A stretch of DNA of 46,375 nt from Escherichia phage N15. The notes under the pieces are model-generated. The model saw only the letters and a program-made list of their open reading frames with translations, was not told the origin of the DNA and ran no database searches. The position numbers and the translations under genes are program-made. The stretch's first letter is position 1. Each line of letters opens with the position of its first letter. Of this stretch, positions 35,748 to 42,915 are shown one piece after another. The stretch lies in sequence record NC_001901.1; one strand, given 5' to 3'.

Positions 35748-35973
35748 GCCTGTACTCCGGTACTCTGGCCTCCGTAACGAGTACATCATCTGGTGCCCGA
35801 CATGCGGCTATCGGACTCTTCCTGACAGTAACAGGCAATCCGTAATTACTGAATGGTATTTATCAAATCAACCAGGCAACAAGCATATAGAAAATATCTG
35901 GCTCAAACGTTATCTGGAAATCAAAGAGGGTGCGACCTCGGTCGCACGAGATAATGAAGAATACTCCATTTAA
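35653..35973 (+). CDS. Small Cys4 zinc-ribbon protein, Lar (restriction alleviation)-like
   Basis: PTCLCQQ...YIIWCPTCGYRT...SVITEWY fits the C-x-C...CxxCG...W pattern of Lar-family proteins. Overlaps the Q 3' end. Start uncertain (35653 or GTG 35671). Confidence 0.5.
   Translation: MRRRSAVKSSKAIVQEVPTCLCQQVMLRKPDKPVLRYSGLRNEYIIWCPTCGYRTLPDSNRQSVITEWYLSNQPGNKHIENIWLKRYLEIKEGATSVARDNEEYSI
35930..35947. promoter_or_regulatory. Centromere-like palindrome (SopB site)
   Basis: GTGCGACC-TC-GGTCGCAC with perfect 8-bp arms. Confidence 0.75.
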
Positions 35974-36157
35974 GCAAGGCCCCATGTCGCGCACTGATGC
36001 GGAAAATATTTCTGACCTTTATAAGAAAAAAGGTCATGAAGTAGTTATCGCAGAATCCATGAATTTAGATGGAACTTATTATGTTTACGTTACGCTACCT
36101 GAATTAAAGCAAGAGCCTAAGCCATCCAAAACCTTTCAACAAAGAATATGGGAGTAA
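35954..36157 (+). CDS. Hypothetical protein
   Basis: 67-aa ORF from the ATG at 35954. Ends 2 nt before the RBS-linked start of the next gene. Confidence 0.5.
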   Translation: MKNTPFKQGPMSRTDAENISDLYKKKGHEVVIAESMNLDGTYYVYVTLPELKQEPKPSKTFQQRIWE

Positions 36158-36159
36158 CA

Positions 36160-37074
36160 ATGGTAAATATCCAAAAAACGATTTTAGCGATGATTATGCA
36201 TAAATGGCTTAAGAGCGATTATGTTGTCATTGACACGGAAACAACAGGGCTGGGCGAATATGCTGAGATTATCGAAATTGCGATCATCAATATGCGCGGA
36301 GAAGTTTTGCTGGACACTTTGGTTAAACCGACCAAACCGATCCCTCCTGAAGTAACCGAAATAAACCACATCACAAACGAAATGGTCGCCAGTGCACCAG
36401 CGTGGTGTGATGTGTTCCCGAAGGTGCTGGCGATCATCAGTAAACACAAATGGCTGGCCTGGAATTCTGGTTTCGATGCTCGCATGCTGGAACAGACCTG
36501 CTTGAACACGATTTTTTTAAATAAAAATGCTTATTACGTGACCGCAATGGTTTCCCGTATTCACACGAGCCATATTGACGCTAAAGCAGTCTACGACACG
36601 TGGTACGGAGAGTACGATGCGAAGCACCAGGCTTTCAAGCGCCAGAGCCTGACAATCGCAGCTGCCCGACACGGTGTATTGCTGGAAGGAGCACACCGCG
36701 CTCTGGCCGACTGCAAAATGGTTCTGGCCGTACTGCAAAAAGTCTGCGCTCCCGTTCCTCAGATTGAAAGCTCTGTCGAGAAAGACCTGCCACCCTGCCC
36801 GTTCTGTTATGGGCCACCATCGTTGTTCACCCATTACCTGAATGACAAAGGCTATTCCCCTTTATATCAGCCCGTGAATTATGGCGATGATGGCCTGTAC
36901 GTAGGTTCGTATGTCTTTTGCCATGAATGCGGCGCACAGGGTGAAGAAGTAGGAGGCCACGCCTACGAAGATTCAGATGTAGAGCAGCTCGAAGCAGCAG
37001 CCAGGAATGTCTGGTCCGATCGCAACGAACGCCACCGCGACCTGTATACAGCCTCTCGAAACGTCGAAGAGTAA
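36160..37074 (+). CDS. DEDDh (DnaQ-like) 3'-5' exonuclease fused to a C-terminal Lar-type zinc ribbon
   Basis: Exo I VVIDTETTGL, Exo II AWNSGFDARML, Exo III GAHRALADCKM. C-terminus LPPCPFCYG...YVFCHECGAQG...AARNVWSDRN. GGGAG lies 5 nt before the ATG. Confidence 0.8.
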   Translation: MVNIQKTILAMIMHKWLKSDYVVIDTETTGLGEYAEIIEIAIINMRGEVLLDTLVKPTKPIPPEVTEINHITNEMVASAPAWCDVFPKVLAIISKHKWLAWNSGFDARMLEQTCLNTIFLNKNAYYVTAMVSRIHTSHIDAKAVYDTWYGEYDAKHQAFKRQSLTIAAARHGVLLEGAHRALADCKMVLAVLQKVCAPVPQIESSVEKDLPPCPFCYGPPSLFTHYLNDKGYSPLYQPVNYGDDGLYVGSYVFCHECGAQGEEVGGHAYEDSDVEQLEAAARNVWSDRNERHRDLYTASRNVEE

Positions 37075-37079
37075 GATGA

Positions 37080-37580
37080 ATGAACAGACTCAATCAAATC
37101 GCACTGGTGACAGCCATCACCAAAGAACTTAACCGACAAATTCCCGATTTACCCGCAGATGGACGGATGAACATAGTCATCAAAGCAGCCAACGATATCT
37201 GTGCTGAGTATTCCCGTGAACTGGTTGCCGCTTCTGCAGGTATGGGGTTGGAAGCATGGTTGAATAGCGACGACACCGGCAGCAGCAGCCTCTATTTGGC
37301 ATGGTGCTTGAGTCACGGCCAGTTTGGTTACTGGCAGGGACGCAAGCAGCCAGAGGTGGCTTATCCCCATGACCCAGATGATCTTGGGCGCTGCATTCGC
37401 CTGATAGAGGCAGTGCCTGAGTTCGGCGGCAAGATACCAGAGATGTCTCACCGTGGGCATGAGTGGCTGGCGGTAACAACCAATTGGGAACGGTGGGTTG
37501 AACTTTACGCCTGCGGTAAGGCCCGTGAACTCTATAGAGAAATGAAGGCTGCATATTTAAGAGGTAGCAGCGATGAGTAA
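37080..37580 (+). CDS. Hypothetical protein
   Basis: 166-aa ORF in a tightly packed operon. Confidence 0.6.
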   Translation: MNRLNQIALVTAITKELNRQIPDLPADGRMNIVIKAANDICAEYSRELVAASAGMGLEAWLNSDDTGSSSLYLAWCLSHGQFGYWQGRKQPEVAYPHDPDDLGRCIRLIEAVPEFGGKIPEMSHRGHEWLAVTTNWERWVELYACGKARELYREMKAAYLRGSSDE

Positions 37581-38166
37581 ATCCCCTAAAGAAATGTATG
37601 CGGTCCCTGAGTGGATGCGTCAGTTCCTGCCGTTGTTTCAAAACACAGGGGGTAATGACGTCGAGGAGCTGCTGCACGATGAAGACACCAACATGTTTGC
37701 CAATAGCGTTCGCTACATGTTTATCGTGTCAGCGCGTTCTCAGTTTGCCTTGCTGATGGATATGTATAGCAAAGGCATCATCACTGGCAGAACTGGCGCA
37801 GAAGAAAGTTCCGACACACTAACCGATGGTCAATTACTTTTTCGCTTGCAGGACTTCTATGGCGCAGGACAAGACGCCATTGAGATTAACGATCATGAAT
37901 ATGCTCAGGAATGTACTGACGTTGTAAGCATCATTCGCGAGGTCATTGAATCACGGAAAAAACTGAAAGACGCAGAGAAGCGGATTGCTGAACTGGGTCG
38001 CAAGCCGACATGGATTAACCATTGTGACAAGACGGTTCCAGCTGCACTGCGATATTTAGCCGAGAATCCGCGACCGATTGGTGGAAGCTCGACTTATAAC
38101 ACCGAACATCTTTATGACCTGGCGCGTGAAATAGAAGTTACTGCCGGTACCACGAAAGGAGAGTGA
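37573..38166 (+). CDS. Hypothetical protein
   Basis: 197-aa ORF whose start overlaps the upstream stop. Confidence 0.6.
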   Translation: MSKSPKEMYAVPEWMRQFLPLFQNTGGNDVEELLHDEDTNMFANSVRYMFIVSARSQFALLMDMYSKGIITGRTGAEESSDTLTDGQLLFRLQDFYGAGQDAIEINDHEYAQECTDVVSIIREVIESRKKLKDAEKRIAELGRKPTWINHCDKTVPAALRYLAENPRPIGGSSTYNTEHLYDLAREIEVTAGTTKGE

Positions 38167-38168
38167 GC

Positions 38169-38477
38169 ATGGCTAACTTGCTCGACTTACTCGGCATCGA
38201 ATCCCGGCGCTGTAGCATGACGCTTGTTGAGTACAAATATGACCCGAATGAGAGGGAGCGACTTTCAAAGTATCTCGTCAGGCATACATCCAGCGTTAGC
38301 AAAACAACCCTAGAGCAATACGTCACCGTTGAGCGCGACCGTTATGGAGCATTCAAGCCTGTTGTCGCATTGGACGATTTTCCCAGCGGACTAAGCGACA
38401 GGGAATCAATGTTGAAACTGGCGGACTGGCTGCATCGCCTTGGCGTAGCGATTGAAGATGAATGGAGTAACCCATGA
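38169..38477 (+). CDS. Hypothetical protein
   Basis: ATG at 38169 after AAGGAGAG. Confidence 0.6.
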   Translation: MANLLDLLGIESRRCSMTLVEYKYDPNERERLSKYLVRHTSSVSKTTLEQYVTVERDRYGAFKPVVALDDFPSGLSDRESMLKLADWLHRLGVAIEDEWSNP

Positions 38478-38893
38478 TCACTATCACCAAAGAATGGCTG
38501 CAGAAGACCATCGCTGAATTTGAAACTAACTGCGACGATATTCCCTTTGGACTGGACGATGATGACGCGAAAATTCTGCAGGTTCTGAAATGGAAACTCG
38601 CATCGCTGGCCGTTGATACTTCTGCGGCTGGTATCGTCGACTACGGCGGCCCTTTATCACTTTCAGAGGAGTTTGTTTATACGTTTCGATCCTCGCGCTT
38701 AATCGCGTTGGGTGAGCCTGTGTATACCGTTCCACCTGCAAAGGATGTCCAGCAAGTAGCCGAACTGACAATGCTGGTTAAACGCTTAGCCTACTCCCTC
38801 AGACACGCTAAACCAGACAGTAAATTGCCCGATGATGCTATGTCCTATTTGAGCGGAAAGGGCCTGATTAGGATTGAGGATATTTTGCGATGA
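38474..38893 (+). CDS. Hypothetical protein
   Basis: 139-aa ORF with an ATGA overlap onto the upstream gene. Confidence 0.6.
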   Translation: MITITKEWLQKTIAEFETNCDDIPFGLDDDDAKILQVLKWKLASLAVDTSAAGIVDYGGPLSLSEEFVYTFRSSRLIALGEPVYTVPPAKDVQQVAELTMLVKRLAYSLRHAKPDSKLPDDAMSYLSGKGLIRIEDILR

Positions 38894-38945
38894 TCACCAC
38901 CAGAAAATGCATGCCGGCAGCGGCAGTATCACAGGAGACTAAGTG

Positions 38946-39272
38946 ATGGCACTGACACCCGCAGAACGGCAAAGGATCCGCCGAGAGAAGCTAAAAAAGC
39001 AAGGAACCACCAGGCGTGATTGGGTTCTGGAGCCGGATGAGCTGCGTATGCTCGGCGAAATTTGCATACAGCGTCGTCCGGGGCGAGAGCCGTATTCTGA
39101 AAATGAGGTTATTGGCCTCCTGATCCGCAAGAACTACAAAGAGCTGCAAAAGAAACTTTCCGGTTCGTGTTCGCGGTGTGGGAAGCAACTTCCGGTAGCC
39201 GATTGCCTGTTTGATGGCGAAGGTACATGCCAGCTGACCACTCTCAGATTGAAGCTGGCCATTAAAGCGTGA
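38946..39272 (+). CDS. Hypothetical basic protein with C-terminal CxxC
   Basis: AGGAG lies 8 nt upstream of the ATG. LTPAERQRIRREKLKKQG N-terminus. Stop codon is embedded in the 15-bp palindrome motif. Confidence 0.6.
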   Translation: MALTPAERQRIRREKLKKQGTTRRDWVLEPDELRMLGEICIQRRPGREPYSENEVIGLLIRKNYKELQKKLSGSCSRCGKQLPVADCLFDGEGTCQLTTLRLKLAIKA

Positions 39273-39282
39273 CTGGTCACGG
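39268..39282. promoter_or_regulatory. Second copy of the 15-bp motif CGTGACTGGTCACGG
   Basis: Exact match to the minus-strand reading of 28548..28562. Lies 10 nt upstream of the ATG at 39293. Confidence 0.6.
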
Positions 39283-39292
39283 AGGGTTAAAA

Positions 39293-39514
39293 ATGGATAA
39301 AAAAGCATTGTTATTCGAACGCCTTCGGCAGAGAAGCGAAAGCAGTCTGGCCAGCGGAGGTGATGGGTTTATTTTTGCCTCAATGCTGGCGTTCGACATC
39401 GGTCTGAACACAAGAACGATCCGGGGGATGCTGGACTCTGCTGTGAAAAATGGAACCCTGGAAAAAAAAGAACGTGGAGCTGGCCGTGCACATAAGTACC
39501 GGACAATTCAGTAG
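39293..39514 (+). CDS. Small winged-helix-like protein, hypothetical regulator
   Basis: GGAGGG RBS. 73 aa ending KNGTLEKKERGAGRAHKYRTIQ. Confidence 0.55.
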   Translation: MDKKALLFERLRQRSESSLASGGDGFIFASMLAFDIGLNTRTIRGMLDSAVKNGTLEKKERGAGRAHKYRTIQ

Positions 39515-39563
39515 TTTAATCAAAAAAATTGCCAAAAAATGGTTGTATCGTTTGCGGATTTCC

Positions 39564-39579
39564 CTGTGTTTATATACAG
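39564..39579 (+). promoter_or_regulatory. LexA (SOS) box overlapping the promoter of the small antirepressor gene
   Basis: CTGTGTTTATATACAG is an exact CTGT-N8-ACAG. TTGCGG-17-TACAGT promoter-like hexamers overlap it. Confidence 0.8.
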
Positions 39580-39603
39580 TATTAAATAACCTTGGTAGAC
39601 AAA

Positions 39604-39831
39604 ATGGTATACGATTCAATGACAGATGCAGCCGTGTCATGTTGTGAAAAACTTGATTCCCAGCTAAGCGATCTCGATGCTGTCCTGGATATGGTGAGCA
39701 CCGTTATGGCCTCACCAGAGGCCAGCCTTCATATGAATGAGGCGGCACGTCTTCTGCGCATGTCTCGTAATATGGTCCACAGATGCAAGGATGTTGTCGC
39801 GGATGAGCTCATTCGGCAGGCTGGCGAATAA
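39604..39831 (+). CDS. antC: Small LexA-controlled antirepressor
   Basis: 75-aa ORF directly downstream of the LexA box. N15 induction through a LexA-regulated antirepressor acting on CB is established. Assigning it to this ORF rests on the box position. Confidence 0.65.
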   Translation: MVYDSMTDAAVSCCEKLDSQLSDLDAVLDMVSTVMASPEASLHMNEAARLLRMSRNMVHRCKDVVADELIRQAGE

Positions 39832-39868
39832 AAAAGGGAAAGGCGAGATACCCTCGCCTTTCCCTTGT
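39832..39868. terminator. Bidirectional terminator between antC and the convergent antitoxin gene
   Basis: GGGAAAGGCGAG-atacc-CTCGCCTTTCCC, a 12-bp stem with an A-run on the left and T-rich sequence on the right. Confidence 0.8.
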
Positions 39869-39895
39869 TACTTCACCTGCAGATACTCGTCTTAA

Positions 39896-40183
39896 TCAAT
39901 ACACAGCATGAATATCAATGCTTGCACCGCAAGCCTTAGCGTATCGAGATAGTGTCTTCATGCTGGCACCTAGTGGGTTGCTTTCCAGGCGGCTAATTGC
40001 TGATGGCTGCAACCCCATGCGTTCAGCCAGCGCAGACTTCGTCAGGCCAGCTTTCTCCCTCATCTCGTAGAGCATTTCAACCATCGCCAACTCCTTGTCG
40101 GCATCTTCGTAACCCCGGATAGCCTCCGGGGTATTGAGCAGTTCTTCTTTCACCTGATTAAATGGGATGCCTTTTACTTTCAT
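39896..40183 (-). CDS. Antitoxin, HTH_XRE family (HigA-like)
   Basis: REKAGLTKSALAERMGLQPSAISRLES HTH. Start overlaps the toxin stop. Confidence 0.8.
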   Translation of the reverse strand: MKVKGIPFNQVKEELLNTPEAIRGYEDADKELAMVEMLYEMREKAGLTKSALAERMGLQPSAISRLESNPLGASMKTLSRYAKACGASIDIHAVY

Positions 40184-40494
40184 TAGCTCATCTCCTTCAG
40201 ACGCGTTCTGGCGATATCAATTGCGTGGGTAGGCGTCTTTTGCGTCTTCTTAACAAATGCATGTAGCAGATAAATTTCGTTACCTACCGCGTAAGCGTAC
40301 AGCGTTCTCGCTATGTTTTTATCCCCTACCCTTAGTTCGAAAAGGCCACCACCGATAACGCGGCTATGAGGCATTTTCAGCTTGTTCCCTTCACTTTCCA
40401 GTCTCTCGATCAGCCGGGTCATGCGACCGCGTAGCTCATCAGGTAATTCTTTAAGCTCATCCAGCGCTGCCGGGTGGGTTATCACGTTAAACAT
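40183..40494 (-). CDS. Toxin of the Gp49 / HigB-RelE superfamily
   Basis: MFNVITHPAALDELKELPDELRGRM...GGGLFELRVGD...RTLYAY...IYLLHAFVKKTQKTP fits the Gp49-like family. ATG at 40494 after AGGAGGT. Confidence 0.8.
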   Translation of the reverse strand: MFNVITHPAALDELKELPDELRGRMTRLIERLESEGNKLKMPHSRVIGGGLFELRVGDKNIARTLYAYAVGNEIYLLHAFVKKTQKTPTHAIDIARTRLKEMS

Positions 40495-40516
40495 AGTATA
40501 ACCTCCTGATGTGGAA

Positions 40517-40571
40517 AATATACTAAAAACGTAAAAATCACACAATAGGCAAATTTCACTAAAAAGTGAAA
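40517..40571 (-). promoter_or_regulatory. Toxin-antitoxin promoter (TTGTGT-17-TATATT) with upstream TTTCAC-N6-GTGAAA palindrome
   Basis: On the minus strand the -10 is at 40517..40522 and the -35 at 40540..40545. The palindrome is at 40554..40571. Confidence 0.5.
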
Positions 40572-40660
40572 AATAAAGCTGGATGTGCTTATTGGGCAGA
40601 GTTACAGTTTGTGTCGTTGAGAGGGGTAAAGCCCATAACCGCATGAATCTGGAGTAAATT

Positions 40661-40882
40661 ATGAATTATCAAGGCAACGAAAAAATGCGCAAAGATGCGG
40701 CAGATATTTCTAACGAGCTGTATGAGTTATGGCAGAAAGTGAAGCGTTTTGAGCGTGAATACAGCTTTAACAGTAAAAACCTGACCGACCGACTGGCTGG
40801 CCGCCTTATTGGAACGATGGAGCCTAAGCTGGCAGAGTTGAACAAATTTATGGCCGATGTCGATTACCAGTTCGAAGATTAA
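40661..40882 (+). CDS. Hypothetical protein
   Basis: 73-aa ORF with GGAG upstream, divergent from the TA operon. Confidence 0.55.
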   Translation: MNYQGNEKMRKDAADISNELYELWQKVKRFEREYSFNSKNLTDRLAGRLIGTMEPKLAELNKFMADVDYQFED

Positions 40883-40891
40883 GGAGGCTCT

Positions 40892-41119
40892 ATGCACGCG
40901 AAAGAAATACGCCGGAATATGACCGAAGAAGCGTTAAGCGTTGAGTTCGTAATGCGTGGGCATCCACGCATTAGCCTGGCAGAGCTGAGTGAAGCCTGCC
41001 GCTTAAGCCAGGCATCAACAGAGTTTATTATTGAGCAGATGGTTTGTTTTGGTGTGGCGCGGCGCGGCGCTTTCGGAAGATACTCACTAACAAACGAGTA
41101 TGAAAACGGAATAATCTGA
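40892..41119 (+). CDS. Small winged-helix-like hypothetical protein
   Basis: AAGGAGG RBS. ISLAELSEACRLSQASTEFIIEQMVCFGVARR resembles a wHTH. Confidence 0.55.
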   Translation: MHAKEIRRNMTEEALSVEFVMRGHPRISLAELSEACRLSQASTEFIIEQMVCFGVARRGAFGRYSLTNEYENGII

Positions 41120-41122
41120 TAT

Positions 41123-41142
41123 CGTGCGACCATGGTCGCACG
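41123..41142. promoter_or_regulatory. Centromere-like palindrome (SopB site), perfect 20-bp
   Basis: CGTGCGACCATGGTCGCACG. Lies 20 bp upstream of the candidate late promoter -35. Confidence 0.8.
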
Positions 41143-41161
41143 GAATAGAAAACGAAAAAGG

Positions 41162-41190
41162 TTGGCAAAACAGCTATTTTTAGGTATCTT
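41162..41190 (+). promoter_or_regulatory. Candidate late promoter (PR'-like)
   Basis: TTGGCA-17-TATCTT. A -10-like TAAGTT lies in the initial transcribed region. A strong terminator follows about 50 nt downstream. Confidence 0.45.
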
Positions 41191-41229
41191 TTTTCTAAGT
41201 TGGGATTTTTACGCCTGACTTCCGAATAA

Positions 41230-41250
41230 CCGCCTACGGGCGGTTTTTTT
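41230..41250 (+). terminator. Rho-independent terminator closing a ~55-nt leader transcript (tR'-like)
   Basis: CCGCC-tacg-GGCGG followed by T7. Confidence 0.8.
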
Positions 41251-41386
41251 GTGCCTGAAAAAGTGGGCGCGGGACGAGTTGCAGCTCATCCCGCGGTCAA
41301 CCCATGCCAGAGGTATAGGCTGAACCCAAAGCCCACCCGCGATGCGCATCGCTGGGTTAGCTTACCCAGGCAGAACCATAATAGCT

Positions 41387-42475
41387 ATGTTAAAAACTAC
41401 ACAAATCAATGGAGCGCAGCTCGTTTGCGCAGATTCTCTGCAATTCATAAAAACCATCCCTGATAATTCCGTAAACCTGATCGCGACAGACCCGCCCTAT
41501 TTTGGCGTTAAGTCGAACGACTGGGACAACCAGTGGGAAAGTGACGCGGACTTTTTGGGCTGGCTTGATGAGTTTCTGGCGGAGTTCTGGAGGATACTGG
41601 CCCCAAATGGAAGCCTGTATATGTTTTCCGGTTCGCGGCTTGCGGCAAAAGTTGAATTACTTACCCGCGACCGTTTCAATGTTTTGAACCACATCACCTG
41701 GGCTAAACCGAGCGGTGTATGGCGGCGGCAAAATAAAGAGAGCCTGCGAGCATTCTTCCCGGCAACCGAGCGCATCATATTCGCTGAACATTACGGCGCG
41801 TCTGGCTATGCGAAAGGTCAGTCGGGTTATGCCAGCAAATGTGCAGAGTTGCGGAAAGACGTATTTTCTCCGTTGATTGGAGCATTTGCATCAGCCCGAC
41901 AGCAGCTGGGGATTTCAGCTGCGGACATCAACGCTGCGACAGGGAAAAAGATGTGTTCACACTGGTTTTCCTCGTCGCAGTGGCAGTTACCGTCGCTGGA
42001 TGACTTCAACAAGCTGCATGAGCTGTTTATGCAGCGGGCGCAAGTTCTCGGCGTAGCATGTCCTCCGCCATTCGATATCGGGTATAGCGAGCATGAAAAG
42101 CAGTATGCCGATCTAAAAACGCAATACGATGCGGTTAAAGCGCAATACGATGGCCTTAAGGCTCAGTATGAAAGCCTGCGCCGCCCGTTCTCTGTGACTG
42201 CAGATGTTCCCTATACGGATGTTTGGGAGTTCCCACCGGTGCAGTATTACCCAGGGAAACACCCGTGCGAGAAGCCAGCTGCGATGATGGAACATATCAT
42301 CAGGAGCAGCTCTCGCCCCGGCGATGTAGTCGCCGACTTCTTCATGGGGTCCGGTAGTACGATTAAGGAGGCTCTGAAGCTTGGGCGTAAGGCCATAGGC
42401 GTAGAAATTGAAGAAGAGCGTTACCTGCAGACAGTAGAAGAAGTTAAAGAAGTAGTAAAAAAAGAAGAGAGTTGA
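41387..42475 (+). CDS. DNA N6-adenine/N4-cytosine methyltransferase (beta class, PF01555-type)
   Basis: Motif IV IATDPPYF near the N-terminus and motif I DFFMGSGST near the C-terminus. Confidence 0.85.
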   Translation: MLKTTQINGAQLVCADSLQFIKTIPDNSVNLIATDPPYFGVKSNDWDNQWESDADFLGWLDEFLAEFWRILAPNGSLYMFSGSRLAAKVELLTRDRFNVLNHITWAKPSGVWRRQNKESLRAFFPATERIIFAEHYGASGYAKGQSGYASKCAELRKDVFSPLIGAFASARQQLGISAADINAATGKKMCSHWFSSSQWQLPSLDDFNKLHELFMQRAQVLGVACPPPFDIGYSEHEKQYADLKTQYDAVKAQYDGLKAQYESLRRPFSVTADVPYTDVWEFPPVQYYPGKHPCEKPAAMMEHIIRSSSRPGDVVADFFMGSGSTIKEALKLGRKAIGVEIEEERYLQTVEEVKEVVKKEES

Positions 42476-42489
42476 TCTCACTTATACAA

Positions 42490-42510
42490 CCCGCCTCTGG
42501 CGGGTTTTTT
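42490..42510 (+). terminator. Rho-independent terminator after the methyltransferase gene
   Basis: CCCGCC-tct-GGCGGG followed by T6. Confidence 0.8.
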
Positions 42511-42609
42511 ATTGGTGCCGTCCAGGCGACATCTTTGCGTTATTCCGTAATGCATCGGGCGGCGTTTCATCTGCACACAGCCTCCGCAAATATAGCGAGG
42601 TAAGAGACC

Positions 42610-42915
42610 ATGAGAATGAACGATCACTCAGGGAACATCTTCACGCAATTATTTGCGTGGCTTGGAACCATAGCTGCAGCGCTGGGTTTTACCACCCAAG
42701 ACATGATTTACATGTTTTTCGGGGCTGTGGGGCTTCTAATCTCCCTTGCATCCTTCATCAACGGAAGAATTGATGCACGCCGCCGTCGGAAAGAAGATGA
42801 GAAGCGAACGGCAATGATAAGGGCTTACCTGGAAGAAGTTAGCGATAAGCCTATCGAAGAACGTCCGACAGCGGTGAGCGTAGTAGCGGATGTACTCGCT
42901 AAGGCAGGCGAGTGA
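42610..42915 (+). CDS. Holin, class II / pinholin-like, with a possible dual start (Met1-Arg2-Met3)
   Basis: Two TMDs (IFTQLFAWLGTIAAALGF, MIYMFFGAVGLLISLASFI) and a charged C-tail. Precedes the endolysin. Confidence 0.8.
   Translation: MRMNDHSGNIFTQLFAWLGTIAAALGFTTQDMIYMFFGAVGLLISLASFINGRIDARRRRKEDEKRTAMIRAYLEEVSDKPIEERPTAVSVVADVLAKAGE

Noticed and set aside
40495-40644. 50-codon N-terminal extension of the toxin ORF
   Set aside because: The extension covers the promoter and operator region and has no RBS. The ATG at 40494 has a perfect AGGAGGT and yields the typical ~100-aa Gp49/HigB-size protein.
41251-41463. 70-aa ORF in the methyltransferase leader
   Set aside because: It has a non-ATG start, no RBS and a basic low-complexity product, and it overlaps the methyltransferase start out of frame.
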